IMG/VR virus record: IMGVR_UViG_3300032373_000029
Coordinates: 1 to 45,239 of that record
Reading direction: 5' to 3' (one strand)
DNA length: 45,239 nt
Origin: a virus
Taxonomy: Duplodnaviria > Caudoviricetes
A model generated the notes under the pieces. It saw only the letters and a list, made by a program, of their open reading frames with translations, made no database searches and was not told where the DNA came from. Below are positions 34,225 through 41,920 of the stretch, piece after piece; the stretch's first letter is position 1, and each line of letters starts with the position of its first letter. A program made the position numbers and the translations under genes.

Positions 34225-35850
34225 TCAGGAATCGGGGTAGTGGGGCCCTGCGTTCAGGGTCGCGGTGGAGCTCAGTGGGCCTTCGGCGGCGAGGGCCGCG
34301 CCAGCGACAAGCGTGATCACGGTCGCGGTGACGCTCGCGATCTCGTAGGTGCCGTCATTGCTCGAGGTGCCGGCCACGGTGAGTTGCATACCCGCCTCGT
34401 AGCCCTCCGTCGTGAGGTCGCCCGAGCTGAGCGTGATCGTGTCCGGGTCGGCGTCGGCGAAGGTGAACGTGCGCCCGCCCGCCGCGGTGACCTCGGTCGC
34501 GGGATCCACGCTCGGGAGGTAGCCGAGCTGGTAACTCGCGAGCCAGTAGGCGATCTCGCCCCGGTCGGCCTCAACCTCGGTGTCTACGATTTGGAAGGAA
34601 TCTCCCCGCAAGAACGGCACCTGCCCACTCACGCAAGCCAAGTAGGTTCCCATGCCCCCGCGGCCTGCACGGGTGCCGAGCCCGCCGACCCGCGTGAACG
34701 GAACAGCGATCACGTCGCTGAAGTAGACGGTCCCCACGGCGAGGGTGTCGATCTCGATCGCGAAGAGAAGCGCGTTCAGATCGAAGTTCGTGGGCCAGCA
34801 GTTCGCCCCAGGCGTCGCCACGAGGTAGACCGTGGTCCAGTCGTCGTCCGTCAGCGAAGCGAGCGTCACTGTGCGCTCAAGCCCGCCGCTCGTCGCCGTC
34901 GCGCTGAGCCGCAGGGTGAGGTTCCCCGTCGCGCTCGAGGCGCGGTAGACCCGGACGCCGATCAGCACGGGCACGTCCCGCGGGAGCCGCGCTCCAGCGG
35001 TCGCCACGAGGGCCTGATAAATCGTGTCGTCCGCGGTCTGCTTCAGGCTCCTCGAGGTGCCGCCGCTGGCGGTTGTGTCGAGGTAGATCTGCGCCGCGGT
35101 GGTGTTCGTCTCGTAGTTGCTAAGCGAGCTCGCCGCGGTCCAACTCGTGAGCGCGGTGATCGTGGTCCCGCTGAAGGTGCCCTGGTCGAAGCCAGGATTC
35201 TTGAGCAGGGTCGTGGCCTTCGCCGAGGCCACCGGGATCCCGGACTGGTCGATCGAGGGCCCGTAGCCGTCGAACTCCAGCAGGTCCGGGCTCTCCGCGG
35301 TGCCGCGAATCCGGAACGTCTCGCGGAGGGTCTGCCCGGTCGTGTGCTGGTCCTCGACGCACTCAAGCGTGAGGGTGTCAGCGAACCAGCCTTGGAGCTC
35401 CTGGCCGTCTTCGTCCACGGTCAGCCGGACGCAGGTCCCGTCGCCCACGTTGGAGCCGCCCGCGGAGGGCGTCCCGTAGACCAGGGCGCGCTGCTTGACG
35501 TGGTGGCTGTTCGTGACGAAGGCGTCGTAAAGGTCCAGCATGACCTGCTGGATCGAGCCCCGCTGGGCTGAGTCGAGGTCGTAGGTGGAGCTCAGCGCGA
35601 GCTGGCGCAGGATCGCCTCGAGCACGGGCAGCATGAGCCCCGCCCCGATCGCGCTTGCGCAGGCCTCGCGCAGCTCGTCCACGTCGGAGGCGGCGCCCCC
35701 AGCGATTCGCCCGCTGAGCGAGTCGCGCAGGGTCTCCACGGTCGCCAGGAAGCCCGTAGTGCTCACCCGCGCCGCGGTGCTGTGCGCCTGGGCAAGCTGG
35801 CAAGCATTCGCCAGCGCGGTGCCCATGAGCGTTGCAGAAGGTTCAGCCAT
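34225..35850 (-). CDS. Virion structural protein (541 aa)
   Basis: LKNPGFDQG carbohydrate-binding-like segment and a C-terminal GMQLTVAGTSSNDGTYEIASVT beta module; late operon. Confidence 0.55.
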   Translation of the reverse strand: MAEPSATLMGTALANACQLAQAHSTAARVSTTGFLATVETLRDSLSGRIAGGAASDVDELREACASAIGAGLMLPVLEAILRQLALSSTYDLDSAQRGSIQQVMLDLYDAFVTNSHHVKQRALVYGTPSAGGSNVGDGTCVRLTVDEDGQELQGWFADTLTLECVEDQHTTGQTLRETFRIRGTAESPDLLEFDGYGPSIDQSGIPVASAKATTLLKNPGFDQGTFSGTTITALTSWTAASSLSNYETNTTAAQIYLDTTASGGTSRSLKQTADDTIYQALVATAGARLPRDVPVLIGVRVYRASSATGNLTLRLSATATSGGLERTVTLASLTDDDWTTVYLVATPGANCWPTNFDLNALLFAIEIDTLAVGTVYFSDVIAVPFTRVGGLGTRAGRGGMGTYLACVSGQVPFLRGDSFQIVDTEVEADRGEIAYWLASYQLGYLPSVDPATEVTAAGGRTFTFADADPDTITLSSGDLTTEGYEAGMQLTVAGTSSNDGTYEIASVTATVITLVAGAALAAEGPLSSTATLNAGPHYPDS

Positions 35851-35854
35851 TGCC

Positions 35855-36157
35855 CTAGCCGTTCAGTTGGTTGGTGTAGCAGTCGGCGGAGTAGCGCCCG
35901 CCGACAGGCTTCGAGGTGAACGAAACGGTCCAGGTGTCGTCCGCGTCGGTGATCTCGTCGCCTGGGGCGAGCACGACAGCCGAGACGAGGATTCCGCTGA
36001 AGCGCCGGCCAATGACCTGCTCGTCGTCAGCGAGGTCAGAGACGACAGCCGTCGTGGTGACTCCGGCCTGGCCGATTTTGGTCGCGGTGATCGACTCGCC
36101 AGCCAACGTGTCGAGCCGGCTCCCGACGAGCGCGAATCTGTCGCTGAACCGAGTCAC
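35855..36157 (-). CDS. Putative head-tail joining protein (gpFII-like; 100 aa)
   Basis: AGESIT...PGDEITD..TWTV; first gene after the capsid terminator; SD GAGGAG. Confidence 0.55.
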   Translation of the reverse strand: MTRFSDRFALVGSRLDTLAGESITATKIGQAGVTTTAVVSDLADDEQVIGRRFSGILVSAVVLAPGDEITDADDTWTVSFTSKPVGGRYSADCYTNQLNG

Positions 36158-36168
36158 GGCCTCTCCTC

Positions 36169-36207
36169 AAAGAAGAGAGGCGGCACGGCACGCGCCGGCC
36201 GCCTCTC
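36169..36207 (-). terminator. Intrinsic terminator after the major capsid gene
   Basis: GAGAGGCGGC...GCCGCCTCTC stem followed by TTCTTT on the minus strand. Confidence 0.75.
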
Positions 36208-36230
36208 GGTGTGGTGGCAGATCAGGCGCC

Positions 36231-37343
36231 CTAGCTGAGGGTGGCCTTGATCGCCTTCTTGAAGTCGCCAGGGCCGGCAGCGCGCGTGGCCTTGGCCGTC
36301 GCGACCGCCCGGTTGTTGTAGATCCACTCCTGCGAGCCCTCGCCGAGGATCTCGACGGTCGGCGTGTCCTCCTCCTGGAGAATGAAGGCAGGCGAGGACT
36401 TGTCGTCGACGCGGAACATGAAGCAATCCGCGGCAGCCGAGAGGCGCTGCTCGGGAACGATCGTGAAGTTCCACTCAAGGTCGAGGTTGGGGTTGCTCGA
36501 GCCGGAGTTGCGAAGCGCGCCCTTTGCCGCAGCGACCATTCCAGGCGCCATTTTCGGCGGGCAGACCATGACGAACTCGTGGGCGGACGCGTTCGCGGGA
36601 CGCCCCTGGTCGTCTGCGAAGCTCAAGAAGTGGGCCGCCATGCCGCTCAGAATCCGCACGCACTCGTCGGCGGTCGGCACGGCTGGCACCGTCACGTTGA
36701 GCGCGTCCAAGGTGCCGGCCACGAGGGCGTTGTCCATGGTGCCCGAGTCGCCAATGCTGTGCGCCGTGCTGAAGAACGCCACGCCGTCGTAGGCCAGCGG
36801 GTTGTTCTCCACGATCTCGACGCAGAGCTTGTTCCAGTGGTCGCTGTAGGCGAGCGCAAGCTGCGGAAGCCGGCGGGACATGTGCCCCGTCTTGTCCAGG
36901 CGCCAGTCGCGCTTGTTGAACTGGATCGAGGTCTCGAAGTCCTCGTTCGTGATATCGACGCCGAGGTCGCGCAGTTTGTTGAGGTTCAGCCCGCCGTAGT
37001 GGCGACGCGGCTCCGGGACCTGCCCGAGCCAGCGGTGCTTCTCGGTGACAGCGTCGCTCATGAAGAAGAGCCCGGCCGCGATCGCCCAGGTGTTCTTCGA
37101 CTTGATCTCGAGCTGCTCGTAGAACTGCCCGCGAATCCCGCGCTCGGTCAGCGCGGAGTTGTCCGGGCCGCCACGCGCGTTTGCCGCCGCGAGTTGCTCC
37201 GTGAGAGCCTGATCGCCCTTTGCGGCCTTGAAAGCGAGCTCTTCGAACTTGCTTCGCCGGCCGCGCCGGCTGGGCCGGTCGTGCAGGTTGACTTCGATAT
37301 CGAGCGACGCGAAGGGGTTCGCGCCAGTGATCAAACGGGGCAT
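36231..37343 (-). CDS. Major capsid protein, Mu gpT-like (370 aa)
   Basis: EKHRWLGQVP, ITNEDFETSI and AYDGVAFFSTAH signatures; SD AGGAGG. Confidence 0.9.
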   Translation of the reverse strand: MPRLITGANPFASLDIEVNLHDRPSRRGRRSKFEELAFKAAKGDQALTEQLAAANARGGPDNSALTERGIRGQFYEQLEIKSKNTWAIAAGLFFMSDAVTEKHRWLGQVPEPRRHYGGLNLNKLRDLGVDITNEDFETSIQFNKRDWRLDKTGHMSRRLPQLALAYSDHWNKLCVEIVENNPLAYDGVAFFSTAHSIGDSGTMDNALVAGTLDALNVTVPAVPTADECVRILSGMAAHFLSFADDQGRPANASAHEFVMVCPPKMAPGMVAAAKGALRNSGSSNPNLDLEWNFTIVPEQRLSAAADCFMFRVDDKSSPAFILQEEDTPTVEILGEGSQEWIYNNRAVATAKATRAAGPGDFKKAIKATLS

Positions 37344-37369
37344 AGCGCCTCCTGTGGGTTCTCTGAGGC

Positions 37370-37795
37370 CTAGACGCTTTGGAGTGCTTCGGCTTGGAAG
37401 GCGACCATGACGACAGAGCCGGAGACGTGGCGCACGATCTTTCCGATCGCGGTGTGAGCGCCGGCCGTGGTCGTGAAGGTGTCGTCGTCGGACGCGTAGA
37501 CGAGCGCGTTGAGCGTGGCTACAGCGCCGCCCGTCACGGTGAGCTTCACGACGCCCTGCTGAATGGCGCGCACGTTGACGTCGCCAGCAGCCCCGCTGGA
37601 GTTGTCGGCCTTGCCCATGGCGAAGCCGCAGAAGACGTCGCCGGACACGTGCGGCCGGACGTAGCCAAGCGAGGCGCTCTCTCCGATCGCGCTGCCCTCG
37701 TAGATAATGTCGGCGGCGATCACGGGATAGTCGTTAAGGACGGGGGACTGGCCAGCCTCAAAGACCCGGCCAATGTTGGTGCTGCGAGTGGTCAT
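37370..37795 (-). CDS. Capsid cement/decoration protein (DUF2190-like; 141 aa)
   Basis: IIYEGSA...GFAMGKADNSSGAAGD...VYASDDDTFT...IGKIV; lies between the protease and capsid genes. Confidence 0.75.
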   Translation of the reverse strand: MTTRSTNIGRVFEAGQSPVLNDYPVIAADIIYEGSAIGESASLGYVRPHVSGDVFCGFAMGKADNSSGAAGDVNVRAIQQGVVKLTVTGGAVATLNALVYASDDDTFTTTAGAHTAIGKIVRHVSGSVVMVAFQAEALQSV

Positions 37796-37798
37796 GGC

Positions 37799-38830
37799 TT
37801 AGACCTCCTGGGGCATGCAGTTGTGGAGACCCTCGCGCTCGACTTCGCCGAGGAAAGCCTTCTTGGAGCCGAACTCGGCGCGCAGGCGAGCGCTGGACTC
37901 CCAGACGTGGTCGGCTTGCTCCGCCTCGGGCAAGGCAGCGAGCTGCTCGGCGGCGGTGGGCGCCTTGCCGGCCTGGCGACCAGGCCCGTCGAAGCCAACG
38001 CCAACGCCTTCGCTCTTCAGCGCGGAGAGCACCTCGGCCTTGTCGTCGGCCTTGGCCTTCGTGGCTTGGCCGGTCGCCAGCTCCTCCAGGAGCACGTCAG
38101 CAAGAGCGGCCTTCGTCTCGACGGCCGAGAGGCCCTCGGCGAATTTCTGGGCAGCCCAGCCCACGCGGCCGGGGAAGCCTGCGAGGAACTCCGCCAGCTC
38201 AGCGCGAGCAGCCTTACTGCCCTCCGCCTTGGCTGCGGCAAGCCGCTCCTGGAACACGGGGCCCGCCATGAGCTCCTCGGTGGTCTTGTTGCTGGGCACG
38301 TCGCCCTCCTGCTGTTGGCTCATGACCTCGCCACTGGTCCCGCGATCTGCGGGCTTCACGACGAAACTGGTTTCAAAGAGGCGCGACTTGCGCGCGATCG
38401 AAATGGGGCCTGTGACGGTCTGCCCGTTGACTTCGGCGGTCTCGTCGGGCTCGACCTCTTCCCAGGCGGAGATATCGAGCCCGACAGAGGCCTTCCACGG
38501 GAAGCCCTGCTTTGAGCTGCGACGGACCTCGGCGCCTTCGCCCTGGTCGTAGACAACCCCGGACATGCGGACCTGGTCAGTGATTTGGATTGCGTCGGCG
38601 TGGCCTACGACTTTGGTGACGTCGTGCTCACGAAGGATCGCGAGGTTCTCCTCGGGGATCTCCATGCCGGCCAGGTCAAAGACCGCACGGCCATACCAGC
38701 GCTTGACGATCGCGCCCGTGTAGGCAACGAGGTCAAAACGGCCAGACTTGGTGCCCTCCTCGCCAGCGAGAATGTCCACCGCGACGGAGAGTTGGTCCTG
38801 GTCCTTGTTGCGCTTCAGCTTGGGCTTCAC
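37799..38830 (-). CDS. Prohead protease fused to scaffold (343 aa)
   Basis: VAYTGA, ILREHD..VVGH, GFPWKASVG and LFETSFV..PAD; helical Ala/Glu/Lys-rich C-terminus. Confidence 0.85.
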   Translation of the reverse strand: MKPKLKRNKDQDQLSVAVDILAGEEGTKSGRFDLVAYTGAIVKRWYGRAVFDLAGMEIPEENLAILREHDVTKVVGHADAIQITDQVRMSGVVYDQGEGAEVRRSSKQGFPWKASVGLDISAWEEVEPDETAEVNGQTVTGPISIARKSRLFETSFVVKPADRGTSGEVMSQQQEGDVPSNKTTEELMAGPVFQERLAAAKAEGSKAARAELAEFLAGFPGRVGWAAQKFAEGLSAVETKAALADVLLEELATGQATKAKADDKAEVLSALKSEGVGVGFDGPGRQAGKAPTAAEQLAALPEAEQADHVWESSARLRAEFGSKKAFLGEVEREGLHNCMPQEV

Positions 38831-39084
38831 TTGGAGCCCTTCGCCTTCTTCTTGGGAGCCTTCTTCTTGGGAGCCTTCTTCTTCGCGGCCTTCTTCTTGG
38901 GAGTCGCGCTCAGGCGCTCCGTGCTGGGGAGTGCCGAAGGCTTTGCCTCAGCCTGGAGGGCCTTGAGACCCGCTGCGAAGACCTCTCGGGCAGCCCACGC
39001 TTCGCTTCCACGGGCTTTCGCCAACTCGCGAAACGCGGTGTGGTCAGTGGGGGAGAGGTTGGTCACATGGACTGAGCGGCTCAT
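38827..39084 (-). CDS. Small RHH-like protein with Lys-rich tail (85 aa)
   Basis: SVHVTNL strand, FRELAKARG and AAREVF helices; ends KKKAAKKKAPKKKAPKKKAK. Confidence 0.55.
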   Translation of the reverse strand: MSRSVHVTNLSPTDHTAFRELAKARGSEAWAAREVFAAGLKALQAEAKPSALPSTERLSATPKKKAAKKKAPKKKAPKKKAKGSK

Positions 39085-39119
39085 GCGGGCAAACTTGGCA
39101 CCCGCCCGCTGAGCCCGCC

Positions 39120-39184
39120 TCAGGGGAGTTCCCGGTAGGGGGAAAACCCTTTAGGGGGAACTCCCCCTAGGGGGAAAACCCCCC
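39120..39184. repeat. Four 16-bp quasi-palindromic units in the divergent promoter
   Basis: TAGGGGGAA begins at 39136, 39152 and 39168 (exact 16-nt period), with a related unit TCAGGGGAGTTCCCGG at 39120. Confidence 0.85.
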
Positions 39185-39220
39185 AGGCGGCATGCGGCTT
39201 GGGCCCCTAGCTTTCCCCTC

Positions 39221-39457
39221 ATGTGGAACTTCAGCCAATACACGGACGCGGAGCTGGCTTCCGTCCGCGCGGCAGCCTTGGCGCAGCTCCTAGTCCTCCT
39301 CGGCGGGCCGAAAAGCGGCTCTCAAGACGGTGCGGCCTTCTCGGAAATGAGCCTGGCCGAACTCAAGGAGGTCCAGGGCGCGATCGACGCCGAAGAGCGG
39401 CAGCGCGCCGAGGTCCCAGGCGGATTCCTCGCCGCCGAGTTTGAGGACCCCTCCTAG
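39221..39457 (+). CDS. gpW-like head completion protein (78 aa)
   Basis: Helix, KSGSQDG hairpin and SLAELKE helix; directly upstream of the portal as in lambda. Confidence 0.65.
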   Translation: MWNFSQYTDAELASVRAAALAQLLVLLGGPKSGSQDGAAFSEMSLAELKEVQGAIDAEERQRAEVPGGFLAAEFEDPS

Positions 39458-40959
39458 TGTTTGAGCGGGTCACAGCCAGCGCAGCGGGACTCCGCGAGCG
39501 CCTCGACGCCCTTATCGACACGGTTTCCCCTCGCATGGGGGCTGAGCGCCGCGCTTGGCGTGCAACCTCGGAGCACCTTGGCAGCCGAATCGGGCGGAAG
39601 ACTCGTATCCGCGGGGACATTCCGAGCGGAGGCCGTGCAGACCACTACCTCGGCAGCGATCGCTGGAACGAAATCGAGGTTGCCCGTCGACTTGAGCGGG
39701 AGTCTCCGCTTGCCGAAAGCCTCCTCGCTCGAAGCGTCGAGAACATTGTCGGCCCAGGCTTCGGGCACCAGGCCAAGACAGGCTCTCCGCGCTGGAACAA
39801 GCGGGTCGAGAAGCTCTGGGCTGAGTGGTGTGAGGGCCCCTGCGACGTCCGCGGGCTCTCCCCCATGAGCGAGCTCCTGCGGCTGACCTGCCGCGGGCGC
39901 CTTCGTGACGGAGACCAGGGGACTGCCCTTCTCTCAGTGGGAAGCCTGCAGATCTTCGAGTCTGACCAGATCGTGAGCCCTTCGCGATCTCCCGTCCCGA
40001 CCAAGAACATGGTCGACGGGGTCGAGCTCGACCACAGCGGGCGACCGATCGCCTACCACGTCGTGAGCAACCCTGACCCTGTGCTGGGCTCCGTTCGCTT
40101 CGGCAACAAGACCACCGAGATCCCCGCCGAGTCGTTCGTCTTCACGGCCAAGCGCACGCGCCACGGGCAGACCCGAGGCATGCCGCCGCTGGCCAAGATC
40201 GCTTGGCTGCTCGAGCAGATCGACGGGAACATTCAGGCCGTGACGGTCGCCTCTCGCATGGCCGCCTGCATTGGCCTGGTGATTCAGCGCGACAAGAAGA
40301 CCAGCGGGCTGCCGACTGACCAGGACGGTCGCCCTCTGCTCAAGCTGCAGCCTGGCTTCGTCGCCGAGGTGGGCCAGAAGGACAACGTCACTCAGGTTCA
40401 GCAGACTCAGCCCGGAACAGACTGGCCGAACTACCTCGCGGCCCTCCTGCGCCTCGCCGCGCTGGAGTTCGGGCTTCCGCTTGAAATCGGTTTCCTCGAC
40501 GTCAGCAGGGCCAACTACACGAACCTGCGCGCCGCCTACCTCCAGTCCCAACGGACGTGGAAGATCGAGCAGGACGCGCTCAAGTGCTGGCTCACGGCGA
40601 TCTATCGCTGGAAGGTCTACAACTGGATTCGCGAAGGGAAGCTTGAGCCTCGCCGAGACGCCTTCGCGCACCTTTGGGTGCCGGCGCCTTGGACGTGGGT
40701 TGACCCTGAGAAGGAGTTCAAGGCCAAGCTCGCGGCTGTGGACGCCGGCGTGCTCACGAAGGGCATGCTTGCCCTGGAGCAAGGCCACGACCTCGCCGAC
40801 ATTGCCGAGGCCCGCGGCAAGGAGCTTGAGCTCTTCGAGAAGCACAAGATCCCCGAGGTCCGATCCACGCTGACTCGTGACCCTGTTGTTGCGCAGGAAG
40901 CAGAGGAACCGGAGGAACCGGAGCCGGAGCCCACGGCCGACCCGAAGAAAGCTGCCTAG
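39457..40959 (+). CDS. Portal protein, lambda family (500 aa)
   Basis: ARRLERESP, NIVGPG, DGVELDHSGRPIAYH, GQTRGMP, DVSRANYTNLR and WVDPEKE. Confidence 0.93.
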   Translation: MFERVTASAAGLRERLDALIDTVSPRMGAERRAWRATSEHLGSRIGRKTRIRGDIPSGGRADHYLGSDRWNEIEVARRLERESPLAESLLARSVENIVGPGFGHQAKTGSPRWNKRVEKLWAEWCEGPCDVRGLSPMSELLRLTCRGRLRDGDQGTALLSVGSLQIFESDQIVSPSRSPVPTKNMVDGVELDHSGRPIAYHVVSNPDPVLGSVRFGNKTTEIPAESFVFTAKRTRHGQTRGMPPLAKIAWLLEQIDGNIQAVTVASRMAACIGLVIQRDKKTSGLPTDQDGRPLLKLQPGFVAEVGQKDNVTQVQQTQPGTDWPNYLAALLRLAALEFGLPLEIGFLDVSRANYTNLRAAYLQSQRTWKIEQDALKCWLTAIYRWKVYNWIREGKLEPRRDAFAHLWVPAPWTWVDPEKEFKAKLAAVDAGVLTKGMLALEQGHDLADIAEARGKELELFEKHKIPEVRSTLTRDPVVAQEAEEPEEPEPEPTADPKKAA

Positions 40960-41237
40960 CTCGCGTCGACGTTGAATCGCGAAGGCTTCCCGAGATCGGG
41001 CGAGCAGCACTCGTTGCATTCGTAGAGGCTGACCTTGGGCAAGCCTGCGCTTCCAATGCGGCGGCAACGCCCCACTCGCCCCTCGTGCACGCAGTAGGGG
41101 CACCGAATCGGCGGCGGCAGCACGCGGCGGACGAAGCGCGGCGGGCCCTTGCCGCGAAGTACGCGCCCTTCGTAGAGGACCCGCACCCCCTCCTTGCCCT
41201 CCTCAACCTTGGGGGCCAGGGGCTCTTCCTCGGTCAC
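40956..41237 (-). CDS. Zinc-ribbon protein (93 aa)
   Basis: CPYC and YECNEC motifs; its stop overlaps the portal stop at CTAG. Confidence 0.6.
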   Translation of the reverse strand: MTEEEPLAPKVEEGKEGVRVLYEGRVLRGKGPPRFVRRVLPPPIRCPYCVHEGRVGRCRRIGSAGLPKVSLYECNECCSPDLGKPSRFNVDAS

Positions 41238-41917
41238 TAGGCCCGCTCCGAAGTTGAGAAGGCCGCCTTGGCCGCCTTGCTGAGCGCGTCTCGCGCCTTC
41301 TCCCAGGCCTTGCTGGCCTCCTCCCCCTCCTGGACCAGTTCCTGCAGCCGGGACTGGGCCTCCGCCACCTGGTCCTTGACCTGGCGGGTGACCTCCGTGC
41401 CCTTCTTCTTCGCGATTTTGAGCACTTCCTTGGCGTTGGCGAGGTCGCGCTTCTGTGCCTCCACCCCCCGGGCGATTCGGTTCACGAGAGCCCTCGCGCC
41501 GTTCTCGGCTGAGACTAGGCCTCGGTCGACGTGCTGAGCCATGAGCTCGCCTTGGGCCGACAGTGCCGCCTTGAGCTCGCTCCGCGCCTTGGCCAGGGCG
41601 CCACGCTCGAAGTCTTTGACCTTCTTCAGCGCCGCCTTGTGCTTCTTGTCGACTTGCTTCAAGTCGGCCTTCCGCTTGTCCTCCAGCTTCTCCGCATGCG
41701 TCTTCTTCTCGTCGACGCCAGCGGCGAGCCGAGCAAGCACAAGCCGGCGCTCCTCTCGCAAGACATGCGGCGGAAGAGCTTCGCGCCGCGTGCGCTCAGC
41801 CTCTCGCTCAGCACGCGCTTCGGCCTCCTTCGCCAGCTTTGCTTTCTGCTCGGCGAGAGCCTTCGCCTTTCGCGTGGCGAGCTCCTTCTTCGTCGGTTCC
41901 TTCTTCTTCGCAGCCAC
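41237..41917 (-). CDS. Lys/Ala/Glu-rich coiled-coil protein (226 aa)
   Basis: Continuous helical composition; follows terL. Confidence 0.7.
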   Translation of the reverse strand: MAAKKKEPTKKELATRKAKALAEQKAKLAKEAEARAEREAERTRREALPPHVLREERRLVLARLAAGVDEKKTHAEKLEDKRKADLKQVDKKHKAALKKVKDFERGALAKARSELKAALSAQGELMAQHVDRGLVSAENGARALVNRIARGVEAQKRDLANAKEVLKIAKKKGTEVTRQVKDQVAEAQSRLQELVQEGEEASKAWEKARDALSKAAKAAFSTSERA

Positions 41918-41920
41918 TTA

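Noticed and set aside
39120-39184. 16-bp units as a CRISPR array or recombinase sites
   Set aside because: There are no spacers and no matching copy at the other end of the inverted portal segment.
39200-40965. Actively invertible portal segment
   Set aside because: No invertase gene and no convincing inverted repeats; the shared CCTAGCT at both ends is short and in direct orientation.
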